Of a stretch of 64,000 nucleotides of DNA, positions 27,151 to 36,951 are shown one piece after another. Position 1 is the stretch's first letter; every line of letters begins with the position of its first letter. The translations under genes and the position numbers were made by a program. Source of the stretch: Pirellulales bacterium (lineage in GTDB: Bacteria > Planctomycetota > Planctomycetia > Pirellulales > Pirellulaceae); the NCBI GenBank assembly GCA_046349855.1, contig JAXMBM010000013.1, positions 4,269 to 68,268 of the forward strand, read 5' to 3'. The notes beneath the pieces were generated by a model, which saw only the letters and a list, made by a program, of their open reading frames with translations, was not told the DNA's origin and ran no database searches.

Positions 27151-27864
27151 TTGCGCTGGAGCGGAAGGTCGGATCGACGAGAAGGTCGCGCTCGCTTTTT
27201 CAAGCGCGAGCGTGAGCCACTTGTGCTCGTAGAAGTTGGCGCTGCGAGACCGGACTATCTTTCGATGAGTGCGTTCTTTCGTGAATCAGGTTGGACAGTC
27301 ATTTCTGTTGAACCAAATCCAGTCTTCTGCGACTTGCATCGTTCTGTTGGCAATGACGTGCTCTGCTATGCGTGTGGCGATCGCGATGAAGATGATGTTG
27401 ATTTTACAATCGTTGATTCGCATGGCCGGTCATACGAATCCGGCCAGGTGTCATTCGAGTCATTTTCGTCACTCGGGATCAAGCCCGAATTTGCAAGTTT
27501 GACGCGAGACGAAACAACAACCACGATCAAAGTCAAACTCAGACGGTTGGATACGATACTTGCGACACACGCTCCGCAACTCGACTCAATCGACATGCTG
27601 GCCGTTGATGTCGAGGGGTGGGAACTAGAGGTACTTTCGGGATTCAATCTGAAACGCTATCGCCCGAAGTGCGTCGTTCTCGAGAACTTGTTTGGTCGGC
27701 GCGAGTACCGGGATTACATGGCCGCGCAAGGGTACAGGCGGTGGCGGTGCCTTCCCCCAAACGAAGTGTTTGTGTCCGACGATGCACAGGTTACACGGTG
27801 CGAGATCGCGCTGCTGCAGATTGTTGATCGAATCGTGCATGGAGCGATGAAACTGGTCGGTTAA
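27151..27864 (+). CDS. FkbM-family methyltransferase (start uncertain)
   Basis: The 237-aa ORF reads LVLVEVGAARPDYLSMSAFFRESGWTVISVEPNP...CYACGDRDEDDVDFTIV...IDMLAVDVEGWELEVLSGFNLKRYRPKCVVLEN. It is low-GC like the rest of the island. Confidence 0.7.
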   Translation: MRWSGRSDRREGRARFFKREREPLVLVEVGAARPDYLSMSAFFRESGWTVISVEPNPVFCDLHRSVGNDVLCYACGDRDEDDVDFTIVDSHGRSYESGQVSFESFSSLGIKPEFASLTRDETTTTIKVKLRRLDTILATHAPQLDSIDMLAVDVEGWELEVLSGFNLKRYRPKCVVLENLFGRREYRDYMAAQGYRRWRCLPPNEVFVSDDAQVTRCEIALLQIVDRIVHGAMKLVG

Positions 27865-28174
27865 ACGCCAGGCGATTCGAGTCTTGGCTTCCGGCTAACC
27901 GACATGCGATGGCTTGATCATGGCGTAATGGACGCGTCAACCAAGGTCATCTGGTACGAGGCTCGTGGCGTGTGGGAATCGTGGCACCTACGATGAGCCC
28001 TGTCTGGAAAGCCAGATTGTCGGAATGGATCGCACTTCGGCCTCTGCAGTTTAGGTTGCCGGGCAGGTAGATGTTGCGAGACTGCGCGTTGTGATTGCGC
28101 CCAGGGCGGAATATACTCCGGGGCGTCGGTGGCGAATCCTCGCCAGGCGGCGTGTGTTCCTGGAGATTCCGATC

Positions 28175-29788
28175 ATGGTCGGTCGTTGGTTTGGAGCGCT
28201 TGTGCTGGTGGGGGCCGTAGGTTCCATGGCCCTTGCTCAGCCTCCTCGTCCCCAGCCCGGGGATTCGCCAGGCACACCACCTAAACCGGCTGCCAAGACA
28301 ACGCAGATAGGTCAGCCCGACGCTTCCAAGTCTCAGCCCGCTCAGCCTAACGACGAACGTCCGGCGGCGGATAATCCGTCTGAGCCCAAGGGAGTGGGAC
28401 GACCACCCGCCGCGGAGGACGACCAGGGGGGGGCGCGGCGGGAGGAGTTGGAGTTGCTGCAGCTGTTTGTCGATACGCTAGACCAGGTCCAACGCAATTA
28501 CGTCAAGGACATCAGCCGGCGCGAACTCTACGAGGCCGCGATCCGCGGGCTCCTCACCAAGCTCGACCAGCACTCCAGCTACATTCCTCCGGACGACATC
28601 GAGAGCTTCAAAGGATCGGTCGAAAGCGAGTTTGGCGGGATCGGGATCCAGGTGTCGCTGGAAGGCGGGCGGCTGATCGTCATCAGCCCGCTCGTCGGCA
28701 CCCCCGCCTACCGCGCGGGGATCCAGGCCGGCGACTGGATCAGCGAAATCAATGGCCAGACCACGCGCGACATCACGCTCGACGAAGCCGTCAAACGCAT
28801 GAAGGGGAAGATCGGCACGACGGTCCGAGTCACCGTGGTGCACGCACGGGATGGCAAGTCCGAAGCGCTCACACTCGCGCGGGAAGTGGTCCGCGTCGAA
28901 ACCGTTCTGGGCGACCGCCGCCGCGCCGACGACAGCTGGGACTTTCTGCTGGACCACGAGCGCAAGATCGGCTACATCCGCCTGACCTCGTTCGGCCGCC
29001 ACACTCCCAATGAACTCCGCAAGGCGCTCCAGCAACTGGCCGACCAGCAGGTGCGCGCCCTGATTCTTGATGTCCGCTTCAACCCCGGCGGGCTGCTGAG
29101 TGCGGCGATCGATGTGAGCGACCTGTTCGTGGCCGACGGGCGGATCGTGAGCACCGTGGGGCGGAATGTCGACGAACAGGTGGTGTACGCCAAACGCGAA
29201 GGAACCTACGGCGACTTCCCTCTGGTGGTGCTGGCGAACCAGTTCAGCGCCAGCGCCAGCGAAATCGTCGCCGCCTGCCTCCAGGACCACGAACGGGCGA
29301 TCGTCGTTGGCGAACGGACCTGGGGGAAAGGGAGCGTCCAGAACATCATCGAACTGGAAGGGGGACGCAGCGCCCTGAAACTCACCACCGCCAGCTACCA
29401 GCGGCCCAACGGGCGGAACATCCACCGCTTCGAAGGCGCCGGCGAGGAAGACGAATGGGGGGTGAAGCCGAGTCCCGGATATGAGGTCAAGCTGAGCGTC
29501 GACGAGTTGCGCGGGTTGATCGAGCAGCGGCGGCAACGCGATATCGTCGGGCCGCAGGCGGCCGAACTCCCTCCGCTCGAACAGGCCGACAAGCAACTGG
29601 CCAAGGCCCTCGAGTACCTCCGGGGTAAGCTCCCCGAGCCGCGCCGCGAGCCGGCGGCCGATGGGAAGGACAAGCCGGCGGCTCCCGCCGGTAAACCCGC
29701 GACGCCGGCCGAGAAGCCCGCAGCCCCGCCCGAGAAGCCGGCGGCTCCGGGAGACGCGGCGGGAAAGCCGCCCGCGCCGCCCCGGTGA
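28175..29788 (+). CDS. ctpA: Carboxy-terminal processing peptidase (S41 family) with PDZ domain
   Basis: I chose ATG 28175 (GGAGA 8 nt upstream; signal-like MVGRWFGALVLVGAVGSMALAQ). The PDZ reads GIGIQVSLEGGRLIVISPLVGTPAYRAGIQAGDWISEING. S41 motifs are LILDVRFNPGGLL and LANQFSASASEIVAACLQDHERAIVVGERTWGKGSVQ. Confidence 0.85.
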   Translation: MVGRWFGALVLVGAVGSMALAQPPRPQPGDSPGTPPKPAAKTTQIGQPDASKSQPAQPNDERPAADNPSEPKGVGRPPAAEDDQGGARREELELLQLFVDTLDQVQRNYVKDISRRELYEAAIRGLLTKLDQHSSYIPPDDIESFKGSVESEFGGIGIQVSLEGGRLIVISPLVGTPAYRAGIQAGDWISEINGQTTRDITLDEAVKRMKGKIGTTVRVTVVHARDGKSEALTLAREVVRVETVLGDRRRADDSWDFLLDHERKIGYIRLTSFGRHTPNELRKALQQLADQQVRALILDVRFNPGGLLSAAIDVSDLFVADGRIVSTVGRNVDEQVVYAKREGTYGDFPLVVLANQFSASASEIVAACLQDHERAIVVGERTWGKGSVQNIIELEGGRSALKLTTASYQRPNGRNIHRFEGAGEEDEWGVKPSPGYEVKLSVDELRGLIEQRRQRDIVGPQAAELPPLEQADKQLAKALEYLRGKLPEPRREPAADGKDKPAAPAGKPATPAEKPAAPPEKPAAPGDAAGKPPAPPR

Positions 29789-30828
29789 TGCGCCTGCTGA
29801 CGATCGAATCGACGTGCGATGAGACGGCGGCCGCCGTCGTCACCGACCGCCTGGAAGTGCTGGGCGCTGTCGTCGCTTCCCAGGCGGAACTCCACGAACG
29901 ATTCCAGGGAGTGGTGCCGGAGATCGCGGCCCGGGCGCACGTCGAGCAGATCGTGCCGGTGATCGACGAGGCGTTGCGGCAGGCGGGGCTGCGGCTGACC
30001 GACATCGATGCCATCGCCGTCGCCAACACTCCCGGGCTGGCCGGTTCGCTGCTGGTCGGCGTGGTGGCCGCCAAGACGCTGAGTCTGGCGCTGGGTAAGC
30101 CGCTGGTGGCGATCAATCATCTGCACGCCCACATCTATGCCTGTCGGATCGCGGCCGGCCGCGACATTTTTCCCTGCGTGGGTCTGATTGTGAGTGGCGG
30201 GCACACCAGCCTGTATCACTGCCGGTCGGCCAACGACTTCGGGCTGCTGGGGGGCACGATCGACGACGCGGCGGGAGAGGCTTTCGACAAGGTGGCGAGC
30301 ATGCTGGGGCTGGGATTCCCGGGCGGGCCCGCGGTGGCGCGAGCGGCCGAACAGGGGAATCCGGCGGCCTATCGGTTTCCCCGTTCGTTCATCCACGACG
30401 CCGAGCGGCTGGAGTTCAGCTTCAGCGGACTCAAGACGGCCGTGCGCTATGCCATCGCCGGTCCGGGTCGGCCCGATTTTTCCCACGTGGAACTCACCGC
30501 GCAGCAGGTGGCCGATCTGGCTGCCAGTTTCCAGCAGGCGGTCGTCGACTGCCTGGTCGCCAAAGCGGTCCAGGCCCTCGACCATACCGGCCTGCGGCGG
30601 CTGTGCGTCGGCGGAGGCGTGGCGGCCAACCGCGTACTGCGCGCGGCGCTGGCCCGGGAACTCGAACGGCGCGGCGACGAACTGCTGATCGCCCCCCCGG
30701 AACTCTGCACCGACAATGCGGTCATGGGCGCGCTGGCCTTCGAACGGCTGCGGGTCGGCGATGTCGACTCGCTGGAAATCGATGCCCTCCCCGGCCTGCT
30801 GCGCCCGAGTCAGGGGAGCGGCACCTGA
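29788..30828 (+). CDS. tsaD: tRNA N6-adenosine threonylcarbamoyltransferase (Kae1/Gcp family)
   Basis: MRLLTIESTCDETAAAVV..., HVEQIVPVIDEAL, NHLHAHIYA, LIVSGGHTSLY, GEAFDKVASMLGLGFPGGP and GGVAANRVLR. The start overlaps the ctpA stop. Confidence 0.9.
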   Translation: MRLLTIESTCDETAAAVVTDRLEVLGAVVASQAELHERFQGVVPEIAARAHVEQIVPVIDEALRQAGLRLTDIDAIAVANTPGLAGSLLVGVVAAKTLSLALGKPLVAINHLHAHIYACRIAAGRDIFPCVGLIVSGGHTSLYHCRSANDFGLLGGTIDDAAGEAFDKVASMLGLGFPGGPAVARAAEQGNPAAYRFPRSFIHDAERLEFSFSGLKTAVRYAIAGPGRPDFSHVELTAQQVADLAASFQQAVVDCLVAKAVQALDHTGLRRLCVGGGVAANRVLRAALARELERRGDELLIAPPELCTDNAVMGALAFERLRVGDVDSLEIDALPGLLRPSQGSGT

Positions 30829-33803
30829 GCGGGGCTGCTGAGGTACGCGATCAGATCCCGCAGCTGCTCGAAGGTGAGTTTGTCGAGCACACCTTCGGGC
30901 ATCAGCGACAGCGGCGACGCCGTCCGTTCGGCGATTTCCCCACGGGGTATGACCAGCCGCTCGTTGACGGTTTGCACGGTGAGAGCCCGGTCGGTGTCAC
31001 CGGCGATCATGCCCGTGACGACGCGGCCGTCGGTCGTTTCGATGACATGCAGCTGAAAATCCTTGGAGACCGCGGCACTGGGGTCTCCCAGGTTTTCCAG
31101 CAGATAATCGAGGTTGAAGCGCTGGGCGCCGGTGAGTTCGGGGCCGATCTGGCCACCGGCGTCGAACAGCTTGTGGCAATTCGCGCAGTGTGTTTGAAAG
31201 ACGGCTCGCCCCGCTGCGCGGTCGGCCGATTTCAAGACGGTCGGAGTGAGCCGCTTCTTGACGTCGGCGATGCGGCGGGCCGCCGCGGCGCGGGTGGTCC
31301 GCAACTCGCCCCACAGGGCCCGCACCCGCGCTCGGACCTGCTCGTCCGCGAGACTCTGCAGTTGCCGCGCGGTGTAGGCGGTTACGTCCCCGCGCGGGAT
31401 CTGGCCCTTCTCGATGGCATCCAGCAGCGCGTGAGCCCAGGCGGCGCGGGAAGCGAGCGTCTGCAGCGCGTCCTGCCGCGTCGCCGCATCGTACTGGCGG
31501 TAGCCGGTCAGCAGCACGGTGGGCGTGTCGGCATGCGGGTACTCGGCCAGGCCGCGGATCGCCGTCTGGCGCGTCGCCGGATCGTCGACCAGCTGCAGCA
31601 ACAGCCGGTCGACGCCGGCCGGGCGGCGGGCAATCAACGAACGCAGGGCCCGATTGCGAGTGGCGGCGTCGGTCTGACGCTCCGCCGCCTGCCGCTGCAG
31701 CTGAGCGAAAGCCGCCGGATCGTCGAACACCAGAGCCAGTTCCAGCGCCGCTTCGCGAACCTCGGCGTCCGGTGACTGCTGGAGCTTGGGGTAGGTGGTG
31801 GCCCAGGGAGCAGGTCGGGGGACCTGACGACGTCCTTCCAGGCCGACGCGGATTCCGGCGAGCACCTCGCGACGTGCGTCGTCGTCCAGGCGGGCCAGCA
31901 GGCTGGTGAGTTGCTCGAGCGCGGCCTCGTTTCGCGGCAGCACCGCGGCACGCCGCGCCACGTGGCGGCGGACCAGGGGCAGCCGAGCGGTCTCGGCCAG
32001 CGACAGGAAGCGGGCCAGATCGGTGTCGACCAGCGGTTCGGTCCCGTACCAGATCATCAGCGGGAGGTTGGGGTCCGCGGCATCTTCGGCGCGAGCCGCC
32101 AGGGCCGCGGCGAGATCCCAGCGCTGCGCCGGCGGGAGACGCTGCAGGGCGGAGGACAGCTGGAGGCGGACGTAGGCCGAGTCGCCCTGCGCGGCCAGCG
32201 AGACGAAGCGGGTGAGCGCGGCGGGCGGCGGCACGCCGTCTTCGCACAACAACCGCACCGCCCAGCCCCGAATGTATTCGCTGGCGTGCTCCAGTTGCCG
32301 GACCAGAAAGTCGTCCGTCAAACCGCCGCTGACGTGCAGGGCCCAGAGGGCACGCAGCTGTCGCGGGACGTCGGTCTGGGTGGCGAAGAGTGTCTCGAGC
32401 CGCTGCCGGGCGGCCGACAGGTCTTGTCCTGCTGCGGCCTGCTCCTGAAGCAGGCGTCGAGCGTGCTGGACGTACCAGTCGTTGCGGTGCAGTTGAAGTT
32501 CGACCAGTTCGAGCGGCGAGAGGCGGGCCAGGGGCGGGAGACGCGTCTGCGGCGTGCCGTAGGTGATCTTGAAGATGCGTCCCGTGTGCCGCCGCGTGTT
32601 CTTCACGCTGTGGCATTCGCCCGTGTCCGACCAGTCGCTCGAATAGACGCCGCCGTCGGGCCCGTACTTGAGAGTTACGCCCATGAACCACGGATCGCGG
32701 GAACGCACGATGTCGCGGCCGTGCGAGGCGGTGTAGCCCGAGCCGGAACGCTGCAGCCGGTCGCAATTGATCCGCTTGCCGTGGATGTTGTGCATGTACA
32801 CGGCGTTGCGGTATTCGTCGGGCCAGTTGTCTCCCAGGTAGACCATGGTGCCGCAGTGAGCGTGTCCTCCGCCCGCGGCATCTTCCTCGGCCGAACCCAG
32901 CCCGTCGCGCACGTTGGCTTCGCCGACAAAGTGCTGGTGGTCGGCAATGCTCGCGATCCGCTCGTAGGCATGCAGGCTCGACGCGCGGTTCCGCCACGGC
33001 TCGTAGTGTGCCCCCTGGATCACGTGAAACAGGTGCGGATTGACGCAATTGCAGACGAACCCTTCGCCGTAGTCGTCCCAGTCGATGCCCCAGGGGTTGG
33101 TGGTGCCGTCGGCGTACGGTTCCCAGACGTGGCGCGTGGGGTGATAGCGGTAGACTCCACCGTCAAACCGTTGCCGCTGCGCTTCGGGGGTGCCGGGCTT
33201 TCCCAGGAGCGACCAGTTCGTGCGGCCGTGGGTACCGTAGAGCCAGCCGTCGGGGCCCCAGGCCAGGGCGTTGGCCAGGTTGTGCGAATTGGCGTGCGTG
33301 CCGAATCCGTCGAGCAGGACTTGGGGAGGTCCATCGGGCCGATCATCGCCGTCGCGATCGGGCAGAAAATAAAAGTAGGGCGGGGACACCACCCACGCGC
33401 CGCCAAAACCGACCTCGATCCCGGTGACGTAGTTGAGTTGATCGTAGAAGACGGTGCGGCGGTCGAAACGCCCGTCGCCGTCCTGGTCCTCGAAGATCAG
33501 GATACGGTCGCCGGGGCGCGTGCCGTGCTGCGGATAGTTGTACGCCTCGGCGACCCACAGTCGACCGCGATCGTCGAGGCAGAAGGAGATCGGCTGCTGA
33601 ACGTCCGGCTCGCCGGCGAACAGCGTGACGCGAAACCCGTGCGGCACGAGCATGGTCTGGGCGGCGATGTCGGGGGGGAGCGGCGCGTCGACTTCCGGTT
33701 CGGCTCCGCCCGCTCGACCACACAGAGCGGCGCAGCTCGCCAGCAGGACCACCGGTAGCCAACGCGCGGAACGGGGGAGCGGACGAGGGAGCGAACGGTA
33801 CAT
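30810..33803 (-). CDS. PVC-type heme-binding CxxCH protein (putative membrane-bound dehydrogenase domain + HEAT-like repeats + C-terminal cytochrome c domain)
   Basis: I chose ATG 33803 (MYRSLPRPLPRSARWLPVVLLASCAALCG). The N-terminal region reads FRVTLFAGEPDVQQPISFCLDDRGRLWVAEAYNYP. The C-terminal heme motif is FQTHCANCHKLFDAGGQIGPELTG. Confidence 0.85.
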   Translation of the reverse strand: MYRSLPRPLPRSARWLPVVLLASCAALCGRAGGAEPEVDAPLPPDIAAQTMLVPHGFRVTLFAGEPDVQQPISFCLDDRGRLWVAEAYNYPQHGTRPGDRILIFEDQDGDGRFDRRTVFYDQLNYVTGIEVGFGGAWVVSPPYFYFLPDRDGDDRPDGPPQVLLDGFGTHANSHNLANALAWGPDGWLYGTHGRTNWSLLGKPGTPEAQRQRFDGGVYRYHPTRHVWEPYADGTTNPWGIDWDDYGEGFVCNCVNPHLFHVIQGAHYEPWRNRASSLHAYERIASIADHQHFVGEANVRDGLGSAEEDAAGGGHAHCGTMVYLGDNWPDEYRNAVYMHNIHGKRINCDRLQRSGSGYTASHGRDIVRSRDPWFMGVTLKYGPDGGVYSSDWSDTGECHSVKNTRRHTGRIFKITYGTPQTRLPPLARLSPLELVELQLHRNDWYVQHARRLLQEQAAAGQDLSAARQRLETLFATQTDVPRQLRALWALHVSGGLTDDFLVRQLEHASEYIRGWAVRLLCEDGVPPPAALTRFVSLAAQGDSAYVRLQLSSALQRLPPAQRWDLAAALAARAEDAADPNLPLMIWYGTEPLVDTDLARFLSLAETARLPLVRRHVARRAAVLPRNEAALEQLTSLLARLDDDARREVLAGIRVGLEGRRQVPRPAPWATTYPKLQQSPDAEVREAALELALVFDDPAAFAQLQRQAAERQTDAATRNRALRSLIARRPAGVDRLLLQLVDDPATRQTAIRGLAEYPHADTPTVLLTGYRQYDAATRQDALQTLASRAAWAHALLDAIEKGQIPRGDVTAYTARQLQSLADEQVRARVRALWGELRTTRAAAARRIADVKKRLTPTVLKSADRAAGRAVFQTHCANCHKLFDAGGQIGPELTGAQRFNLDYLLENLGDPSAAVSKDFQLHVIETTDGRVVTGMIAGDTDRALTVQTVNERLVIPRGEIAERTASPLSLMPEGVLDKLTFEQLRDLIAYLSSPAQVPLP

Positions 33804-34070
33804 CCGGCGGTCCAGCGAACAGGGGTGACGACGGGACGGGGTGACGACGGGACGGGTGGGCGCCGCGTGCGACTTTCCCAGTGTGCGCTGGTTCGGCGAG
33901 GGGGACAAGCTGAGGCCTGCGGGGAAAGGGCTCGGAAGGTTCGACGGCGGCCGCGGAATCCGCCGCCCTCTGCCCGGTGCCGCGTGGCGAGCCTACAGTG
34001 GACGTCGTGGGGGTCGTGCCGGATGGCGGAGTGAACTGCCGGTGGTGGCATTTCTTGCGGAGGACCGTCG

Positions 34071-35870
34071 ATGAGTAGCGGGCTGAGAAGCGGCGTCGTG
34101 GTGATCTGGGGAGTCGTGTTGGGAGGGATGGTCGCGGGAGGGGCAAGCCGCCGGGCCGAGGCGGAGGAGTACCTGCGGCATACGTTTCAGCGGCAGCAGC
34201 TGACCGGCGTCTATTTTTCGGAAGGGGCCAACGCGGGGGACATCAACCGCGACGGCGTGCCGGATGTGGTGTACGGTCCCTACTGGTTCGCGGGTCCCGA
34301 ATACCGGCAGAAGCAGGAGATTTACCCGCCGGTGCCGCAGGACACGAATCGCTATGCCGACCATTTTTTCCACTGGGTGTACGACTTCAATCGCGATGGC
34401 TGGGCCGATGTGCTGGTGGCGGGCTTCCCGGGCACGCCGGCATTCGTCTACGAGAATCCGCGGGAGGCCTTGGGAAAAGGGCACTGGCCGAAGCATCAGG
34501 TGCTGGACGCGGTGGCGAACGAGTCACCTCAGCTGGTGAATCTGCTGGGCGACGAGCGGCCGGAACTGGTCTGCACGCGCGACGGCTTCTTCGGCTTTGC
34601 GACAATCAGTGAGTCGGCACCGTGGGGGCCGTGGCAGTTTCGGCCGATCTCCGAGCAGGTGGCGGATCGGCGGTTCGGCCATGGGCTGGGGATCGGCGAC
34701 GTCAATGGTGACGGGCGGATGGACATCCTGCATGCTCAGGGGTGGTTTGAGCAGCCGGCCGAGCAGGCGGAGACGTCGCGCTGGCCCAGTCATCAGGTCT
34801 CGTTCAGCACGGCGTACGGCGGAGCGGAGATGCATGCCTACGACGTCGATGGCGACGGCGACAACGACATCATCACGAGCCACGCGGCTCACGAATTCGG
34901 CCTGGGCTGGTACGAGCAGGTGCGGGAGGGGGATGCGATCCAGTTCCGTCATCACCTGATCATGGGAGCTCATCCGTCCGAGAACAAATACGGGGTGCTG
35001 TTCAGCGAGATGCATTCGGTAAATCTGGCCGACATCGACGGGGACGGGCTGAAGGACATTGTGACGGGGAAGACGTACTGGTCGCACCACAAGCAGAGTC
35101 CGCTGTGGGATGCGGGGGCGGTGGTCTACTGGTTCCGGCTGGTCCGCGGGCCGGGCGGCGTCGATTGGGTGCCGTATCTGGCCGACAGCGAGGCGGGCAT
35201 CGGGCGACAACTCACCGTAACCGACCTGAATGCCGACGGCCGACCCGACATCGTCGTGGGCGGGATGCTGGGAGCGCACGTGCTGCGGCACCAGACGCAG
35301 GCCATCAGTCGGCAGGAGTGGGAAGCGGCTCAGCCTCGGCCGTACCAGGGGCCGAAACTCCCCTCGGTCCGGGATGCTCGGGCGCTGCGTGGTCCGCAAC
35401 CGATGATCGATCCCGAGACGGGGCGCGTGCCGGGGGCGCTGGAGGCCGAGTCGCTGGCGTTTCGCGTGTCGGCCGGTGCGGCTCGACCGCAGGACATGAC
35501 GCCGTTTCGTCAGGGGCGCTGGAGTGGCGGGAGTCAGCTGTGGTGGAGCGGAGGCCGGCCGGGCGATACGCTCACGCTGGAACTGCCGGCGTTCACCGGT
35601 ACGGTCGATCTGGAGGTGATGCTGACGTGTGCTCGGGACTATGCGATCGTGCAGTTATCGCTGGACGATCAGCCGCTGGGACCGCCGATTGACCTGTACC
35701 ATCCCGACGTGATCACGTCGGGTGTGTTGAGTTTCCCGGGGGTGAAGGTCCAGGGGGACAAGCACGTGCTGCGCGTTCAGCTGGCCGGTGCCAACCGCCA
35801 GGCGGTCCCGGCGTTCATGAGCGCCATCGACTATCTCCGGCTGAAACCGGCCGACGGCGGAGAGGAGTGA
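34071..35870 (+). CDS. Secreted FG-GAP/VCBS repeat protein
   Basis: The 599-aa ORF has GCGGAGGA before the ATG. It carries repeated DxDGDG-type loops: INRDGVPDVVYG, FNRDGWADVLVAG, GDVNGDGRMDILHA, YDVDGDGDNDIITS, ADIDGDGLKDIVTG and DLNADGRPDIVVGG. Confidence 0.85.
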   Translation: MSSGLRSGVVVIWGVVLGGMVAGGASRRAEAEEYLRHTFQRQQLTGVYFSEGANAGDINRDGVPDVVYGPYWFAGPEYRQKQEIYPPVPQDTNRYADHFFHWVYDFNRDGWADVLVAGFPGTPAFVYENPREALGKGHWPKHQVLDAVANESPQLVNLLGDERPELVCTRDGFFGFATISESAPWGPWQFRPISEQVADRRFGHGLGIGDVNGDGRMDILHAQGWFEQPAEQAETSRWPSHQVSFSTAYGGAEMHAYDVDGDGDNDIITSHAAHEFGLGWYEQVREGDAIQFRHHLIMGAHPSENKYGVLFSEMHSVNLADIDGDGLKDIVTGKTYWSHHKQSPLWDAGAVVYWFRLVRGPGGVDWVPYLADSEAGIGRQLTVTDLNADGRPDIVVGGMLGAHVLRHQTQAISRQEWEAAQPRPYQGPKLPSVRDARALRGPQPMIDPETGRVPGALEAESLAFRVSAGAARPQDMTPFRQGRWSGGSQLWWSGGRPGDTLTLELPAFTGTVDLEVMLTCARDYAIVQLSLDDQPLGPPIDLYHPDVITSGVLSFPGVKVQGDKHVLRVQLAGANRQAVPAFMSAIDYLRLKPADGGEE

Positions 35871-35886
35871 GGCTGGAGGCCAGGGA

Positions 35887-36951
35887 TCAGGTGCGGTGGG
35901 CACAGGCCTGGCAATACAGGTCGACGCTGTCGTCGGCAAAGGTGGCCGAGTAGGTGGCGGCGTGGCACTGGATACAGGAGAGCGGTTCGAGCCGTTTGAG
36001 GACCGAATTCCAGTAGATCTCATAGCGGCGGATGGCGCGTTTCCGCTGGATCACGACGGGAATGCGGAGGACCGGAATCCGCACGCGGGCGAGCGTGAGG
36101 GGCCGCAGCTGCGCGACGAACGCATAGCGTTCGGTCAGTTCGGCCAGCTTGCGCCGCAGTTCCAGGTCGACGGCCCGCTTCCTGGCCGCCATGCCGTCGG
36201 CATCGAGCGGCGTGCTGGTGCGGCGGCGGGAGGAGCCGTTGGCTTCCCGAGCGAGCGCTCGATAGTAGTCCCGCAGTCGTTGGCGATCGCGCTCGAGTCG
36301 CTGTTCGATCCGTCGCACGAACGGGGTGGACTGGCGGATGATCGCCCGCCGGGCTGCGGCAGCGGCGACAGGAAATGTCGTTGGGAGTGGCGGGCCGCAG
36401 TCCGAAGCGGCGGCAGCCGGAGCGGCACCGGTGAGATCGGGTTCGCGCAGGACGTTCGGCCAGTCGACCACGGCCGAGGTTTCCGCGTTCACCACGCAGC
36501 GGATCACCGCTTCCCACGTATCCTCCGATCGCAGTTGGCACCACAGGGCCCAGGCGTGATACTCGGCCGTGGCCGGGGTCGCCCCTTCGTACCGGGCGCG
36601 CACATTTTGCCAGGCGAAGGACTGGTGGAGCTTTTCGGTCAGATCGCGCGTGGTGAGGTAGCGTTCGGCAATGCAGAAATCGCCGGTTCGCGGCACGGCG
36701 TGAGCGAGCAAGCGGGCCGCTACATCGAGGAATTCACCGGTCACCGCGACGGACAAGCTTCCGGGGGCCGCGGCGCAGCCGAGCTGAAACGACTCGCCGG
36801 GAAGTTGGGTCGCGGTGGCCAAGGCCGGTGGTACGAGCACGGACCCGTGGGGCGCGTTGGCGGGCCAGTCGGCCAGGCCACCACTCAGTTCGAACAGTTC
36901 CACGGAGAAGGAACGCAGTTCCTCCTGCAGATCGGCGGCGGCAGAGCTCAT
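35887..36951 (-). CDS. Hypothetical protein with Arg-rich coiled-coil centre and C-terminal CxxC...CxxC zinc-ribbon. Translationally coupled to the SNF2 helicase.
   Basis: The 354-aa ORF's ATG overlaps the helicase TGA (ATGA at 36948-36951). The centre reads RRIEQRLERDRQRLRDYYRALAREA...RKRAVDLELRRKLAELTERY. The C-terminus reads LSCIQCHAATYSATFADDSVDLYCQACAHR. Confidence 0.75.
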   Translation of the reverse strand: MSSAAADLQEELRSFSVELFELSGGLADWPANAPHGSVLVPPALATATQLPGESFQLGCAAAPGSLSVAVTGEFLDVAARLLAHAVPRTGDFCIAERYLTTRDLTEKLHQSFAWQNVRARYEGATPATAEYHAWALWCQLRSEDTWEAVIRCVVNAETSAVVDWPNVLREPDLTGAAPAAAASDCGPPLPTTFPVAAAAARRAIIRQSTPFVRRIEQRLERDRQRLRDYYRALAREANGSSRRRTSTPLDADGMAARKRAVDLELRRKLAELTERYAFVAQLRPLTLARVRIPVLRIPVVIQRKRAIRRYEIYWNSVLKRLEPLSCIQCHAATYSATFADDSVDLYCQACAHRT

